Below, piece by piece: positions 37,930-47,374 of a stretch of 55,907 nucleotides of DNA; the stretch's first letter is position 1; each line of letters starts with the position of its first letter. This stretch comes from an uncultured Planctomycetaceae bacterium (GTDB lineage Bacteria > Planctomycetota > Planctomycetia > Pirellulales > Pirellulaceae). The stretch spans positions 1 through 55,907 of the forward strand of contig CAIPEB010000326.1 of the NCBI GenBank assembly GCA_903863885.1, read 5' to 3'. The notes below the pieces were generated by a model, which was given only the letters and a program-made list of their open reading frames with translations, did no database searches and was not told where the DNA came from. A program made the position numbers and the translations under genes.

Positions 37930-38958
37930 ATGTCCAACAACTACGATGCCGTGCTGGTTCTTTCATTCGGCGGTCCCGAATGCCGCGAGGATGTGCTGCC
38001 CTTCCTCGAAAACGTGCTTCGCGGAAAGAACGTGCCGCGCGAGCGGATGCTGGAGGTCGCGGAGCACTACTATCACTTTGGCGGTGTCAGTCCGATCAAC
38101 GCCCAGAATCGGGAGTTGATCGCTGCTCTGAAGGACGTGCTCGACCGTCAGGGGCCGAGGCTGCCTGTCTACTGGGGCAATCGCAACTGGGCGCCATTCC
38201 TGACGGATACGCTGCGCCAGATGAAAAGCGACGGAGTGAAACGGGCCGTGGTATATGTCACCTCGGTCTTCGGTTCGTATTCGGGCTGCCGCCAGTATCG
38301 CGAAGACATCGGACGGGCGATTCAGGAAGTCGGAGAGGGTTCGATCGCGGTCGACAAAATGCGTTGCCCGTTCAACCACCCCGGATTCATTTCCGCGATG
38401 GCGGATCGCGTGCAAACTGCGACCCGGCAGTTGACCATCCCGGCCTCAGGCAAGTTGCGTCTGGTGTTCACAGCGCACAGCGTGCCGATCGCCATGGCAC
38501 GCACGTCTCCTTATGAGGCCCAGCTTCATGAGGCGTGCCGTCTGGTGAGCGAAACCGCCGGGCATTCCGACTGGTGTCTCGTCTACCAGAGCCGCAGCGG
38601 TCCGCCGACCCAGCCATGGCTCGAGCCAGACGTGTGCGCCTACCTGCGCGATGTGCACTCCAAGGGCGAGGTTGCCGGAGTCGTGCTCGTTCCGATCGGG
38701 TTCACTTCCGATCACATGGAGGTGATCTACGATCTCGACACCGAGGCGCGGCAGTTGTGTGATTCGCTGGGGTTGCCGATGGTGCGTGCAGCCACCGTGG
38801 GTACGCACCCGAAGTTCATCGAGATGCTGCGGGCCCTGATCGTCGAGCGGGTGGAGAACGGTCCCCGTCTGACGCTCGGCACCATGCCGGCGGCGGCCGA
38901 CGTCTGTCCGCCCGACTGCTGTGCCGTAGTTCGCGGCCGACCTGCCGCTGCGTCGTGA
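37930..38958 (+). CDS. hemH: ferrochelatase
   Basis: N-terminus MSNNYDAVLVLSFGGPE and conserved His and Glu regions (TAHSVPIAMA, VPIGFTSDHMEVIYDLD) typical of HemH/CpfC. Confidence 0.9.
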   Translation: MSNNYDAVLVLSFGGPECREDVLPFLENVLRGKNVPRERMLEVAEHYYHFGGVSPINAQNRELIAALKDVLDRQGPRLPVYWGNRNWAPFLTDTLRQMKSDGVKRAVVYVTSVFGSYSGCRQYREDIGRAIQEVGEGSIAVDKMRCPFNHPGFISAMADRVQTATRQLTIPASGKLRLVFTAHSVPIAMARTSPYEAQLHEACRLVSETAGHSDWCLVYQSRSGPPTQPWLEPDVCAYLRDVHSKGEVAGVVLVPIGFTSDHMEVIYDLDTEARQLCDSLGLPMVRAATVGTHPKFIEMLRALIVERVENGPRLTLGTMPAAADVCPPDCCAVVRGRPAAAS

Positions 38959-39336
38959 TGAACTACTTCCCGAACTGTCCGAGGGCCGGATTCGTAGAGA
39001 GCTAGGTCGGCAGGCGGAAGGGGGCGAGAGTCGCAGAGCAAAAAAGACAGGCGCGTCCCGTTTTGTTAAAACACGTAACGTGGGTGAATGATGTGGGTGC
39101 CGCTGCGTTACGGCCTATAACGTTCCGTATCGAGACGCGCCTGTGCAGAGATAAACCGAACGAACCCAAACGTATGCATTATTTGTGCCGAACAAACGAT
39201 ACAACTTTCATAATGTCTGCAACCGGTTGATTTGTCTACCGGCCTCTGTGCATAAGTTTCTTCTTTCAAAACACTTGCTGTTGGTGTTCAGGCGGATGCT
39301 GCGACCGAATTTCGGCGCGGTTTGGCGGCTTGGTAC

Positions 39337-39365
39337 GCGACAGGCATGGCAACGTTTTGTACAAT
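39337..39365 (+). promoter_or_regulatory. candidate sigma-70-like promoter (GCGACA -35, 17-bp spacer, TACAAT -10) in an AT-rich leader
   Basis: Pattern match only, about 105 nt upstream of the sigma-54 activator start codon; promoter rules in Planctomycetota are poorly defined. Confidence 0.2.
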
Positions 39366-39471
39366 CTGATCAGTTTTTGATCATGTCATCGAGGCGCGCA
39401 AGGCGCCTGTCAGGCGTCTCGGCTTTGGAGATCGCCTAACTCGTTGCGTCGATTCGGTTGGGGGCAACCCG

Positions 39472-40956
39472 ATGCCGTTGATTCTCGTCATCGACGACGA
39501 TCCGATGGTGCAGCATTGGTTTCGTCGTGAATTTGAAAACACGGACTTTGAGGTGGTGCCGGCTCGGAGTGCTCTCGAGGGGCTGGGGCTATTGCGTGGG
39601 CATTCACCGGACGTGGTGATGCTGGATGTGGTATTGCCCGACATGTCGGGTCTCGATGCGTACCAGCGGATCCACGAATCGGACCCGAAACTGCCGGTGA
39701 TTTTCATCACGGCGGGCGGCGAGAGTGAGACGGCGATTGAAGCGATGAAACTGGGGGCTCTGGACTATTTGTTCAAGCCGCTCGATCGCAAGCAGGTCCG
39801 GCATCTGGTGGGACGCGCGATCGAGATCCGTCGCCTGATGGAGACGCCGGTACAGTTTCAGACAACGTCCGTCGACCTGGGGAGTCCGGACGTGCTGGTC
39901 GGCCGCTGCACGGCCATGCAGGAAGTCTACAAGGCGATCGGCCGCGTGGCGTCGCAGGATGTGACGGTGCTCATTCAAGGCGAAAGCGGCACGGGCAAAG
40001 AACTGGTCGCCCGGGCGATTTACCAGCACAGCCGCCGCACCGCCGGTCCGTTTCTTGCGATCAATTGCGCGGCGATTCCCGAATCGCTCCTGGAGAGCGA
40101 GCTGTTCGGGTACGAGCGGGGGGCCTTTACGGGGGCCGAGCACCGGCGGATCGGCAAGTTCGAGCAGTGTTCGGGCGGGACGCTTTTTCTGGACGAAATT
40201 GGAGACATGTCTGCGTCGACGCAGAGCAAAGTACTGCGAGTGCTGCAGCAGCAGCGTTTCGAACGACTCGGTGGAAGCGAGACGATCGAGACCGACGTAC
40301 GCATCATCGCCGCCACGAATCGCGATCTCGACGAACTGGTGGGACAGGGGAGGTTTCGGGCCGACCTCTTCTACCGGTTGAACGTTGTCACTATCCAGTT
40401 GTCTCCGCTGCGAGAACGGCTCACGGATATTCCGCTGCTTCTGCATCACTACCTCAGCCGTTTCAGCCGCGATTTGAGAAAGAGCGTGACCTCCATCGCG
40501 CCCGAATCGCTGGACATGCTGCTCAGCTACCACTGGCCGGGCAACATCCGCGAGTTTCAGAGCGTGATCAAACATGCGATTCTGCACGCGACCGGGTCCG
40601 TGCTGCTCCCGGACTTCATGCCCGACTCGGTTCGCGGCGCCCGTGTCCGATCCGCGGGCGGCGGCGTCGACTGGGCGGCCAACGGCGGGGTACCTTGGGA
40701 GACGTTCATTCAGCAGCAGCTTTCCGGCCAGACGAATACGCTGTATGCCGATGTAATTGCTCAGGTCGAGCGGCACCTGCTTGCGGCGGTCCTGCGACAC
40801 ACCAATGGGAATCGGGTGCAGGCCGCGCGGATTCTGGGAGTGACCCGCAGCACGTTGCGCAGCAAGATGTCGTCGCTCGGGATCAGCATCGGGAATTCCG
40901 TGTTGGCGGAACGCGGGGCCGGCGGCGAGTCCTCTGACGGTGCCCGCGATGAGTGA
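39472..40956 (+). CDS. sigma-54-dependent transcriptional activator, NtrC-family response regulator (REC plus AAA+ plus Fis-HTH)
   Basis: REC domain with phospho-acceptor Asp context (VVMLDVVLPDMSG), Walker A GESGTGKELVARAIY, GAFTGA motif, ESELFGYERGAFTGA, C-terminal HTH; no adjacent histidine kinase. Confidence 0.9.
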   Translation: MPLILVIDDDPMVQHWFRREFENTDFEVVPARSALEGLGLLRGHSPDVVMLDVVLPDMSGLDAYQRIHESDPKLPVIFITAGGESETAIEAMKLGALDYLFKPLDRKQVRHLVGRAIEIRRLMETPVQFQTTSVDLGSPDVLVGRCTAMQEVYKAIGRVASQDVTVLIQGESGTGKELVARAIYQHSRRTAGPFLAINCAAIPESLLESELFGYERGAFTGAEHRRIGKFEQCSGGTLFLDEIGDMSASTQSKVLRVLQQQRFERLGGSETIETDVRIIAATNRDLDELVGQGRFRADLFYRLNVVTIQLSPLRERLTDIPLLLHHYLSRFSRDLRKSVTSIAPESLDMLLSYHWPGNIREFQSVIKHAILHATGSVLLPDFMPDSVRGARVRSAGGGVDWAANGGVPWETFIQQQLSGQTNTLYADVIAQVERHLLAAVLRHTNGNRVQAARILGVTRSTLRSKMSSLGISIGNSVLAERGAGGESSDGARDE

Positions 40957-43900
40957 GCCAGCGACGTCCATCCATTCTTCGTCGCTGGCCGGCTTTCATG
41001 CGATCGTGCGGCAGTGGTTTTGTCAGACTTTCGAGCAGGCGACACCCGCGCAGGCGATCGCCTGGCCGCTGATCGCGGATCACCGGCACACACTGCTGCT
41101 TGCGCCGACCGGTTCAGGAAAAACGCTGGCCGCGTTTCTTGTGGCGATCAATCGCATCATGTTCGAGTCCGCGGCCGCCGAGTCGTCCGGCGTGCGCGTC
41201 CTTTATATCTCGCCGCTGAAGGCGCTTGGCGTGGATGTTGAACGCAATCTGAGGTCGCCGGTCATCGGTGTCCGCACCTTGGCCGAGCGGGAGGGCGTGG
41301 CGCATCGCGTCCCCCGCGTCGGAGTCCGATCGGGGGACACGGCGACCCGGGATCGGCTCGACCTTGTAAAACGCCCGCCCGACATCCTGATCACGACGCC
41401 CGAATCGCTTTACCTGATGCTGACATCGCAGGCGCGTCGCATTCTGCGAACCGTGGACACGGTGATCATCGATGAGATTCACTCGCTCGTCAGCAACAAG
41501 CGGGGAGCCCATCTGTTTGTGTCGCTGGAGCGTCTCGAATCGCTTCGCCGCGAGCAGCAGGCTGCCGCTCGACCGCTGCAGCGGATCGGGCTTTCCGCGA
41601 CTCAGCGGCCGCTCGACGAGATCGCGCGACTGCTGGGAGGCGCCGAGGCAACGAGCAATCCGGACGAAACGCCGCGCCGCCGGCCGGTGGAAATTGTCGA
41701 GGCCGGGGTCAGCAAGCAGCTGGAGTTGCGGATCGAAGTGCCTGTCGAAGACATGGCACGCCTGGCCGAACCGATCATCGTGTCGGGTTCGGCATCTGCC
41801 GGTCCCACGCTGCCGTCGATCTGGCCGGCGATTCATCCGCGGCTGGTGGAACTGATCCGCTCGCACCGCAGCACGATGATCTTCGTCAACAGTCGACGTC
41901 TGGCCGAGCGGCTGGCGGCGGCGCTGAATGAACTGGCGGGCGAGGAGTTGGTGTTGGCCCACCACGGGTCGATCGCCAAGGACAAGCGGCTGGAGATTGA
42001 GGACAAGCTCAAGTGCGGGCAGTTGCCGGCGATCGTGGCTACCTCGTCACTGGAGTTGGGGATCGACATGGGCGCCGTGGATCTGGTGATCCAGGTCGAA
42101 TCGCCGCCGTCGATTGCTTCCGGCATTCAGCGAATAGGCCGCGCCGGGCATCGGGTGGGAGAGCCTTCGACCGGCGTGATCTTCCCGAAGTATCGGGGCG
42201 ATCTGCTGGCTTGCGCAGCGGCCGGCGAGAAGATGGTGCGCGGGGAGGTCGAGTCGACGTTCTATCCCCGCAATCCGCTCGACGTCCTGGCCCAGCAGCT
42301 GGTGGCCATGGTCTCGCTTCAGACGGTATCCGTGGACGAACTTTATGCGATCGTGCGGGGGGCGGCGCCGTTCTTCGATCTCCCGCGGGGGAACTTCGAG
42401 GGAGTGCTCGACCTTCTGTCGGGACGGTATCCGTCGGATGAGTTCGCGGAATTGAGGCCGCGTATCACGTGGGATCGCGTGGCCGGCGAGGTATCGCCCC
42501 GTCGCGGAACGCAGCGTTTGGCGATTGCGAATGCCGGGACCATCCCCGACCGCGGTCTCTACGGCGTGTTTCTGGCCGGGGCCGAGGGGCCGGGGAACCG
42601 CGTGGGTGAACTCGACGAAGAGATGGTCTTCGAGACGCATCCGGGCGATGTGTTCCTGCTGGGCGCATCGTCGTGGCGCGTCGCGGACATCACGCACGAT
42701 CGGGTACTGGTCGTTCCCGCGGCCGGCGAACCGGGAAAAATGCCGTTCTGGCGAGGGGAGGGGCCGGGCCGCCCCTTGGAGTTCGGCCGCGCCATCGGCG
42801 CGCTGGTCCGGCGGTTTTCGCGAGCCGATTCGACGGCCGCGCGGCAGGAACTGGTGAGTCAGCACGGACTGGGACCGGAGGCGGCCGCCAATCTGCTGAG
42901 GTACCTGGAAGACCAGGCTCAGGCCACGGGCGAAGTGCCCACCGATCGAGAGATTGTCGTGGAGTGTTTCCTGGACGAAGTGGGCGATTGGCGGATTGCC
43001 GTTCTTTCGCCGTTCGGTGCCAGGGTGCACGCGCCGTGGGCCATGGCCGCCGTTGCCCGATTGCGGGAACTGACGCCGGGCGAAGTCGACATGGTCTGGA
43101 GCGATGACGGGATCGTTTTTCGACTGCCCGAGTCGGACGAACCGCCGCCGCTCGAGTGGTTGTTTCCTTCGGCGGAAGAGATCGAGGACCTCGTGGTCAA
43201 CCAGTTGGGCGGCACGGCGCTTTTCGCATCGCGGTTCCGAGAGAACTCGGCCCGCGCGCTGCTGCTGCCCCGGCGGCAACCCGGCCGCCGCACGCCGCTG
43301 TGGATTCAGCGCCGACGGTCCGCCGATCTGCTGTCCGTGGCCGCCAGATATCCCGGTTTTCCGATGTTGCTGGAGACTTACCGCGAGTGTCTGCGCGACG
43401 TCTTCGATCTGCCCGGGCTGAAGGGCCTTCTCGCTGAAATTGCCAACGGTTCGATTCGCGTGCATCGCGTCCGCACCGAGACGGCGTCGCCTTTTGCCGC
43501 GTCGCTGCTGTTCAATTACACGGCCAATTTCCTGTACGAGGGAGATGCTCCGCTGGCGGAACGCCAGGCTCAGCTTCTGGCGCTGGATCACGCTCAACTG
43601 CGGGAGCTTCTGGGCGACGCGGAAATCCGCGAGCTGTTGTCGGCCGAGGTGGTCGAAGAATTGAACCTCGAACTGCAGGGGCTCGTCTCCAATCGAAGGC
43701 TGACGCATCCGGATACAGTGCATGACGCTTTGCTGCGTTTGGGCGACTTGAGCCGCGACGAACTTGCGCAGCGATGTTCCCCCGAAACCTCGGACGCCGG
43801 GCTGCTGGACCGCTGGCTCGAAGAGCTTGTGGTTCAGCGCCGCATCCTGGAGGTGCGGATCGCGGGCGAGCGTCGCATGGTGGCCGCGGAGGACGCGGGC

Positions 43901-45466
43901 CGTTTTCGCGACGCGCTCGGATGCATGCTCCCTTCGGGCCTCCCAGCGGCCTTCCTCGCGCCCGTCGCCGATCCGCTCGGCGATATCGTATCCCGATACG
44001 CGCGCACTCACGGTCCGTTCCGCAGCGAGCACCTGGCGCAGCGATTCGGCGTGGGGGTGGCTGTGGTTCATGCGGCGCTCGAGCGGCTCGCGTCGCGGGG
44101 ACGCGTTCTCGAGGGCGAGTTCCTGCCCGGCGGTTTCGGCCGCGAATGGTGCGAAGCGGAAGTGCTGCGAACGCTGAAACGGAGATCGCTCGCGCGGCTG
44201 CGCAAACAGGTCGAACCGGTCTCGCGGCAGTCGCTGGCGCGTTTCCTGCCGAGTTGGCAGGGGATTCTGCAGCCGAGGAGAAGTCTGGACGGACTCTTGG
44301 ATGTCATCGAGCAGTTGCAGGGCATGCCGCTGCCGGCCTCCGACCTCGAGCGGGACATCCTGCCGCGGCGGCTCAGAGGCTACAAACCGAGCGACCTCGA
44401 TGAACTGTGTGCGGCCGGCGAAGTCGTGTGGCGCGGAATGGAGAGTCTCGGCCAGGGTGAAGGCCGCATCTCGCTCTACCTGACCGATCACTATTCGCGG
44501 CTGGCCCCTCACTGCCCGCCGATCGAAGACCCGCTGGCCGAACGCATTCGGGAACTGCTGGCCAGGCAGGGCGCACTGTTCTTTGATGCGATCGTCAAGT
44601 CTCTGGCCGTTTTCTCTCGTGATGTGCTGGATGCTTTGTGGAACCTGGTCTGGGCCGGCGTTGTGACGAACGACACGCTGGCTCCGCTGCGTTCGCTGCG
44701 GCGACAGGCGTCGGGCAAGCGGCCGGTGCGCCGCGGCCGCGACCGGTTTCGCTCGCGGCGCGAGTCGCGCACGCCGGGTTCCGAAGGCCGCTGGTCGCTC
44801 CTCATGCCGGATGAAGCCAGCCGGCCGACCGCCACCGAAAGGATCGCCGCGATTGCATCCCAGCTGCTGCACCGCTACGGAATCCTGACTCGCGAAATGG
44901 CGGCCTCGGAGAATCTGGCCGGAGGATTTGCGGGGCTGTATCCGATGCTGAAGGCCATGGAAGAGGCGGGGAAGATCCGCCGCGGGTACTTTGTCGCGGG
45001 GTTGGGAGCCGCGCAGTTCTCGAATCCCGGCGCGGAAGACCGGCTGCGTGAATTCAAGAGTGTCCCGGACGACACGAGCCTCGATGCGCTGCTGCTGGCG
45101 GCGACCGATCCGGCCAATCCTTACGGGACCGTTTTTCGCTGGCCGGATGCAGACGTGGACGGTTCCCGTCCGCAGCGAGCCGCCGGGGCGAGGGTCATCC
45201 TCGGCGACGGCGAACTTCTCGGCTATCTGAGCCGATCGGGCCAGCATCTGTATACTTTCTTGCCGGAGGATCAGTTGCAGAGGAATCGTGCCACGGCGGC
45301 GGTTGCGAGCGCGCTCGCAGGGCTGGCTTCGGCCACGGAAGCGGTTTTTGTCACTCGGGTCAATGGTCGGCAGCCCGGCGATACGGAGATGGCTGTGCCG
45401 CTCCGGGAAGCCGGTTTCATCCAGACGACGCGGGGCTATCTGCATCGCCGGCGATTGGATGAATAA
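40940..45466 (+). CDS. lhr: Lhr-family ATP-dependent DNA helicase (large helicase-related, full length about 1500 aa)
   Basis: Superfamily-2 motifs (APTGSGKT, DEIH, SAT) in an Lhr-core arrangement plus long C-terminal extension; GTG 40940 or ATG 40949 start, both overlapping the preceding stop. My base numbering differs by one from the ORF track here, so coordinates in this gene are good to within one base. Confidence 0.9.
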   Translation: MPAMSEPATSIHSSSLAGFHAIVRQWFCQTFEQATPAQAIAWPLIADHRHTLLLAPTGSGKTLAAFLVAINRIMFESAAAESSGVRVLYISPLKALGVDVERNLRSPVIGVRTLAEREGVAHRVPRVGVRSGDTATRDRLDLVKRPPDILITTPESLYLMLTSQARRILRTVDTVIIDEIHSLVSNKRGAHLFVSLERLESLRREQQAAARPLQRIGLSATQRPLDEIARLLGGAEATSNPDETPRRRPVEIVEAGVSKQLELRIEVPVEDMARLAEPIIVSGSASAGPTLPSIWPAIHPRLVELIRSHRSTMIFVNSRRLAERLAAALNELAGEELVLAHHGSIAKDKRLEIEDKLKCGQLPAIVATSSLELGIDMGAVDLVIQVESPPSIASGIQRIGRAGHRVGEPSTGVIFPKYRGDLLACAAAGEKMVRGEVESTFYPRNPLDVLAQQLVAMVSLQTVSVDELYAIVRGAAPFFDLPRGNFEGVLDLLSGRYPSDEFAELRPRITWDRVAGEVSPRRGTQRLAIANAGTIPDRGLYGVFLAGAEGPGNRVGELDEEMVFETHPGDVFLLGASSWRVADITHDRVLVVPAAGEPGKMPFWRGEGPGRPLEFGRAIGALVRRFSRADSTAARQELVSQHGLGPEAAANLLRYLEDQAQATGEVPTDREIVVECFLDEVGDWRIAVLSPFGARVHAPWAMAAVARLRELTPGEVDMVWSDDGIVFRLPESDEPPPLEWLFPSAEEIEDLVVNQLGGTALFASRFRENSARALLLPRRQPGRRTPLWIQRRRSADLLSVAARYPGFPMLLETYRECLRDVFDLPGLKGLLAEIANGSIRVHRVRTETASPFAASLLFNYTANFLYEGDAPLAERQAQLLALDHAQLRELLGDAEIRELLSAEVVEELNLELQGLVSNRRLTHPDTVHDALLRLGDLSRDELAQRCSPETSDAGLLDRWLEELVVQRRILEVRIAGERRMVAAEDAGRFRDALGCMLPSGLPAAFLAPVADPLGDIVSRYARTHGPFRSEHLAQRFGVGVAVVHAALERLASRGRVLEGEFLPGGFGREWCEAEVLRTLKRRSLARLRKQVEPVSRQSLARFLPSWQGILQPRRSLDGLLDVIEQLQGMPLPASDLERDILPRRLRGYKPSDLDELCAAGEVVWRGMESLGQGEGRISLYLTDHYSRLAPHCPPIEDPLAERIRELLARQGALFFDAIVKSLAVFSRDVLDALWNLVWAGVVTNDTLAPLRSLRRQASGKRPVRRGRDRFRSRRESRTPGSEGRWSLLMPDEASRPTATERIAAIASQLLHRYGILTREMAASENLAGGFAGLYPMLKAMEEAGKIRRGYFVAGLGAAQFSNPGAEDRLREFKSVPDDTSLDALLLAATDPANPYGTVFRWPDADVDGSRPQRAAGARVILGDGELLGYLSRSGQHLYTFLPEDQLQRNRATAAVASALAGLASATEAVFVTRVNGRQPGDTEMAVPLREAGFIQTTRGYLHRRRLDE

Positions 45467-45547
45467 ACACGGAGTTTCCACGAGCGGCCCGCGAGCAGTT
45501 TTCGGGGCCGTCCCTTTCGTATTCCCGGAAGCGATGCGAGGCGGATC

Positions 45548-46345
45548 ATGCCGGAAGGAGACACGATCTACCGCATAGCCGTTCGCCTGCGGCCCATCCT
45601 CGAGCAGCAGCGCATCGCGCACGTGACGGCACGCGATTCGCGGCTGGCTGTCGATACGGTCGCGGGGCAGATCGTCGCTTCGATCGAACCGCGGGGAAAG
45701 CACCTGTTGATCCATCTCGCCAACGGGCACGCCGTGCACTCGCACCTTGGGATGACCGGCTCCTGGCACGTCTATTCCATCGGCGAGACCTGGCTCAAGC
45801 CGGCTTCTTATGCGGCATTGACCCTGTCGACGGAGCGCGCCGTCTGCGTGTGTTTCAGTCCGAAGACCCTGGAGTTGCTTTCGCCGGATGCCCTGCGGAG
45901 GCACACGCATCTGCACCGCCTTGGCCCGGATGTACTGGCGGATGACTTTGACGGCGAGCAGGCTCTCGTCCGGTTTCGTGTCCGCGATGACTTGCCGATC
46001 GGCGAAGCCATCATGGACCAGACGATCCTGTGCGGTGTGGGCAATATCTACAAATCCGAAACGCTGTTCAAATGCCGGCTGAATCCGTTCCGTCCGGTTT
46101 CTTCGCTGACGGACGGCGAATTGCGAGGGCTGATCGTCGCGGCTCGACGGCTGATGCGGGCCAATCGTACCGGGCACGATCGTCGCACTCGTTTCCAGCA
46201 CGACGGCGACCGATTCTGGGCCTACGGCCGCAGCGGTCAGCCGTGTCTGCATTGCGGGCAACGCATCTGCATGCGGCATCAGGGAACACTCGGCAGGTCC
46301 ACGTACTGGTGTCCAGGTTGCCAGCCCGCAGCTCAGGGTCAATGA
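45548..46345 (+). CDS. nei: Fpg/Nei-family DNA glycosylase (endonuclease VIII-like)
   Basis: Catalytic N-terminus MPEGDT (Pro2 nucleophile), H2TH region, C-terminal zinc finger CLHCGQ...CPGC; 82 nt downstream of lhr, as in mycobacterial lhr-nei operons. Confidence 0.85.
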   Translation: MPEGDTIYRIAVRLRPILEQQRIAHVTARDSRLAVDTVAGQIVASIEPRGKHLLIHLANGHAVHSHLGMTGSWHVYSIGETWLKPASYAALTLSTERAVCVCFSPKTLELLSPDALRRHTHLHRLGPDVLADDFDGEQALVRFRVRDDLPIGEAIMDQTILCGVGNIYKSETLFKCRLNPFRPVSSLTDGELRGLIVAARRLMRANRTGHDRRTRFQHDGDRFWAYGRSGQPCLHCGQRICMRHQGTLGRSTYWCPGCQPAAQGQ

Positions 46346-46381
46346 ACTGCCGCAAGACTTCATGCAGGGGAGTTCACGGAA

Positions 46382-47272
46382 ATGCACATCGCGATAACAG
46401 GATCGTCCGGCCTGGTGGGGCGCGAGTTCGTGGCGATGGCCACGCCGCTTGGAAGTCGCATCACCCGGATGGTGCGCGGCATGCCGGCTGAGGGGCAATT
46501 GCAGTGGGATCCTCTGTCGGGCGTGTCGGACGCGAAAGGGCTCGAAGGCGTCGATGCCGTGGTGCATCTTGCGGGAGAGAACATCTCTGCGCGACGCTGG
46601 ACCGCTGAGTTCAAACGCCGCATCCGGGACAGCCGGGTGCTGGGCACGCGTTCGCTCTGCGAGTCCCTCGCAAGCCTGCACCGGCCGCCGCGAGTACTTG
46701 TCGCGGCTTCCGCCGTCGGTTTCTACGGCGACCGGCCGGGCGAGTATCTGGACGAGTCCTCGCCGCCGGGGACCGGCTTTCTTGCAGAGACGTGCCGTGA
46801 ATGGGAGGACGCTTCCTCGCCGGCTCGCGATGCGGGAATCCGCGTCGTTTTTCTGCGGTTCGGCATGGTACTCAGCGCGCACGGCGGAGCGCTGGCCAAA
46901 ATGCTGCCCCCTTTCCGACTCGGCCTCGGTGGACGCGTGGGCAGCGGTCGGCAGATCTGGAGCTGGATTGCCGTGCAGGATGCGGCCGGCGCAATCGCCC
47001 ACTGTCTGGCGGCGGAGTCCCTCAGCGGCCCGGTCAATGCGGTGGCGCCCGAGGCAGTCAGCAGCGCCGAGTTCGCTCGCGCGGTCGCTCTGAGATTGCG
47101 GCGTCCGGCATTTGCCGCGGTGCCGGCCTGGGCGGCGCGGGCGGTGTTCGGTGAAATGGCCGACGAACTTCTTCTGTCCAGCGCCTGTGTTCGGCCGCGA
47201 GTGCTGCTCGAGAGCGGTTTCGCGTTTCGTTACCCGACATTGAGCGGGGCACTTCAACATTTGCTCGGCTGA
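46382..47272 (+). CDS. NAD-dependent epimerase/dehydratase family protein, YfcH-like (SDR39U1, with DUF1731 C-terminus)
   Basis: N-terminal Rossmann MHIAITGSSGLVGREF; C-terminal DUF1731-like segment. Confidence 0.75.
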   Translation: MHIAITGSSGLVGREFVAMATPLGSRITRMVRGMPAEGQLQWDPLSGVSDAKGLEGVDAVVHLAGENISARRWTAEFKRRIRDSRVLGTRSLCESLASLHRPPRVLVAASAVGFYGDRPGEYLDESSPPGTGFLAETCREWEDASSPARDAGIRVVFLRFGMVLSAHGGALAKMLPPFRLGLGGRVGSGRQIWSWIAVQDAAGAIAHCLAAESLSGPVNAVAPEAVSSAEFARAVALRLRRPAFAAVPAWAARAVFGEMADELLLSSACVRPRVLLESGFAFRYPTLSGALQHLLG

Positions 47273-47374
47273 CGCGCCGATCCTCGTCCTGCGACTATAC
47301 TATCCAGTCACGCGTTTTCCCGCGCAACCGCCCTCGCGTGCATTGCAATCAGCTTCCCCCACACGGATCAATCC

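Noticed and set aside
39340-39360. Sigma-54 promoter (TGGCAACG-N-TTGTA)
   Set aside because: The GG to GC spacing is off by one and the -12 GC is missing; the sequence fits a sigma-70 -10 (TACAAT) better.
39604-40971. 455-aa minus-strand ORF
   Set aside because: Antisense to the sigma-54 activator.
42047-47260. 1737-aa ORF on the minus strand
   Set aside because: It runs antisense across lhr, nei and the YfcH-like gene. The translation is Arg/Gly/Pro-rich and low complexity, with no domain. It is a stop-codon-free antisense frame created by GC3 bias in a 68% GC genome, and the sense-strand genes are unambiguous.
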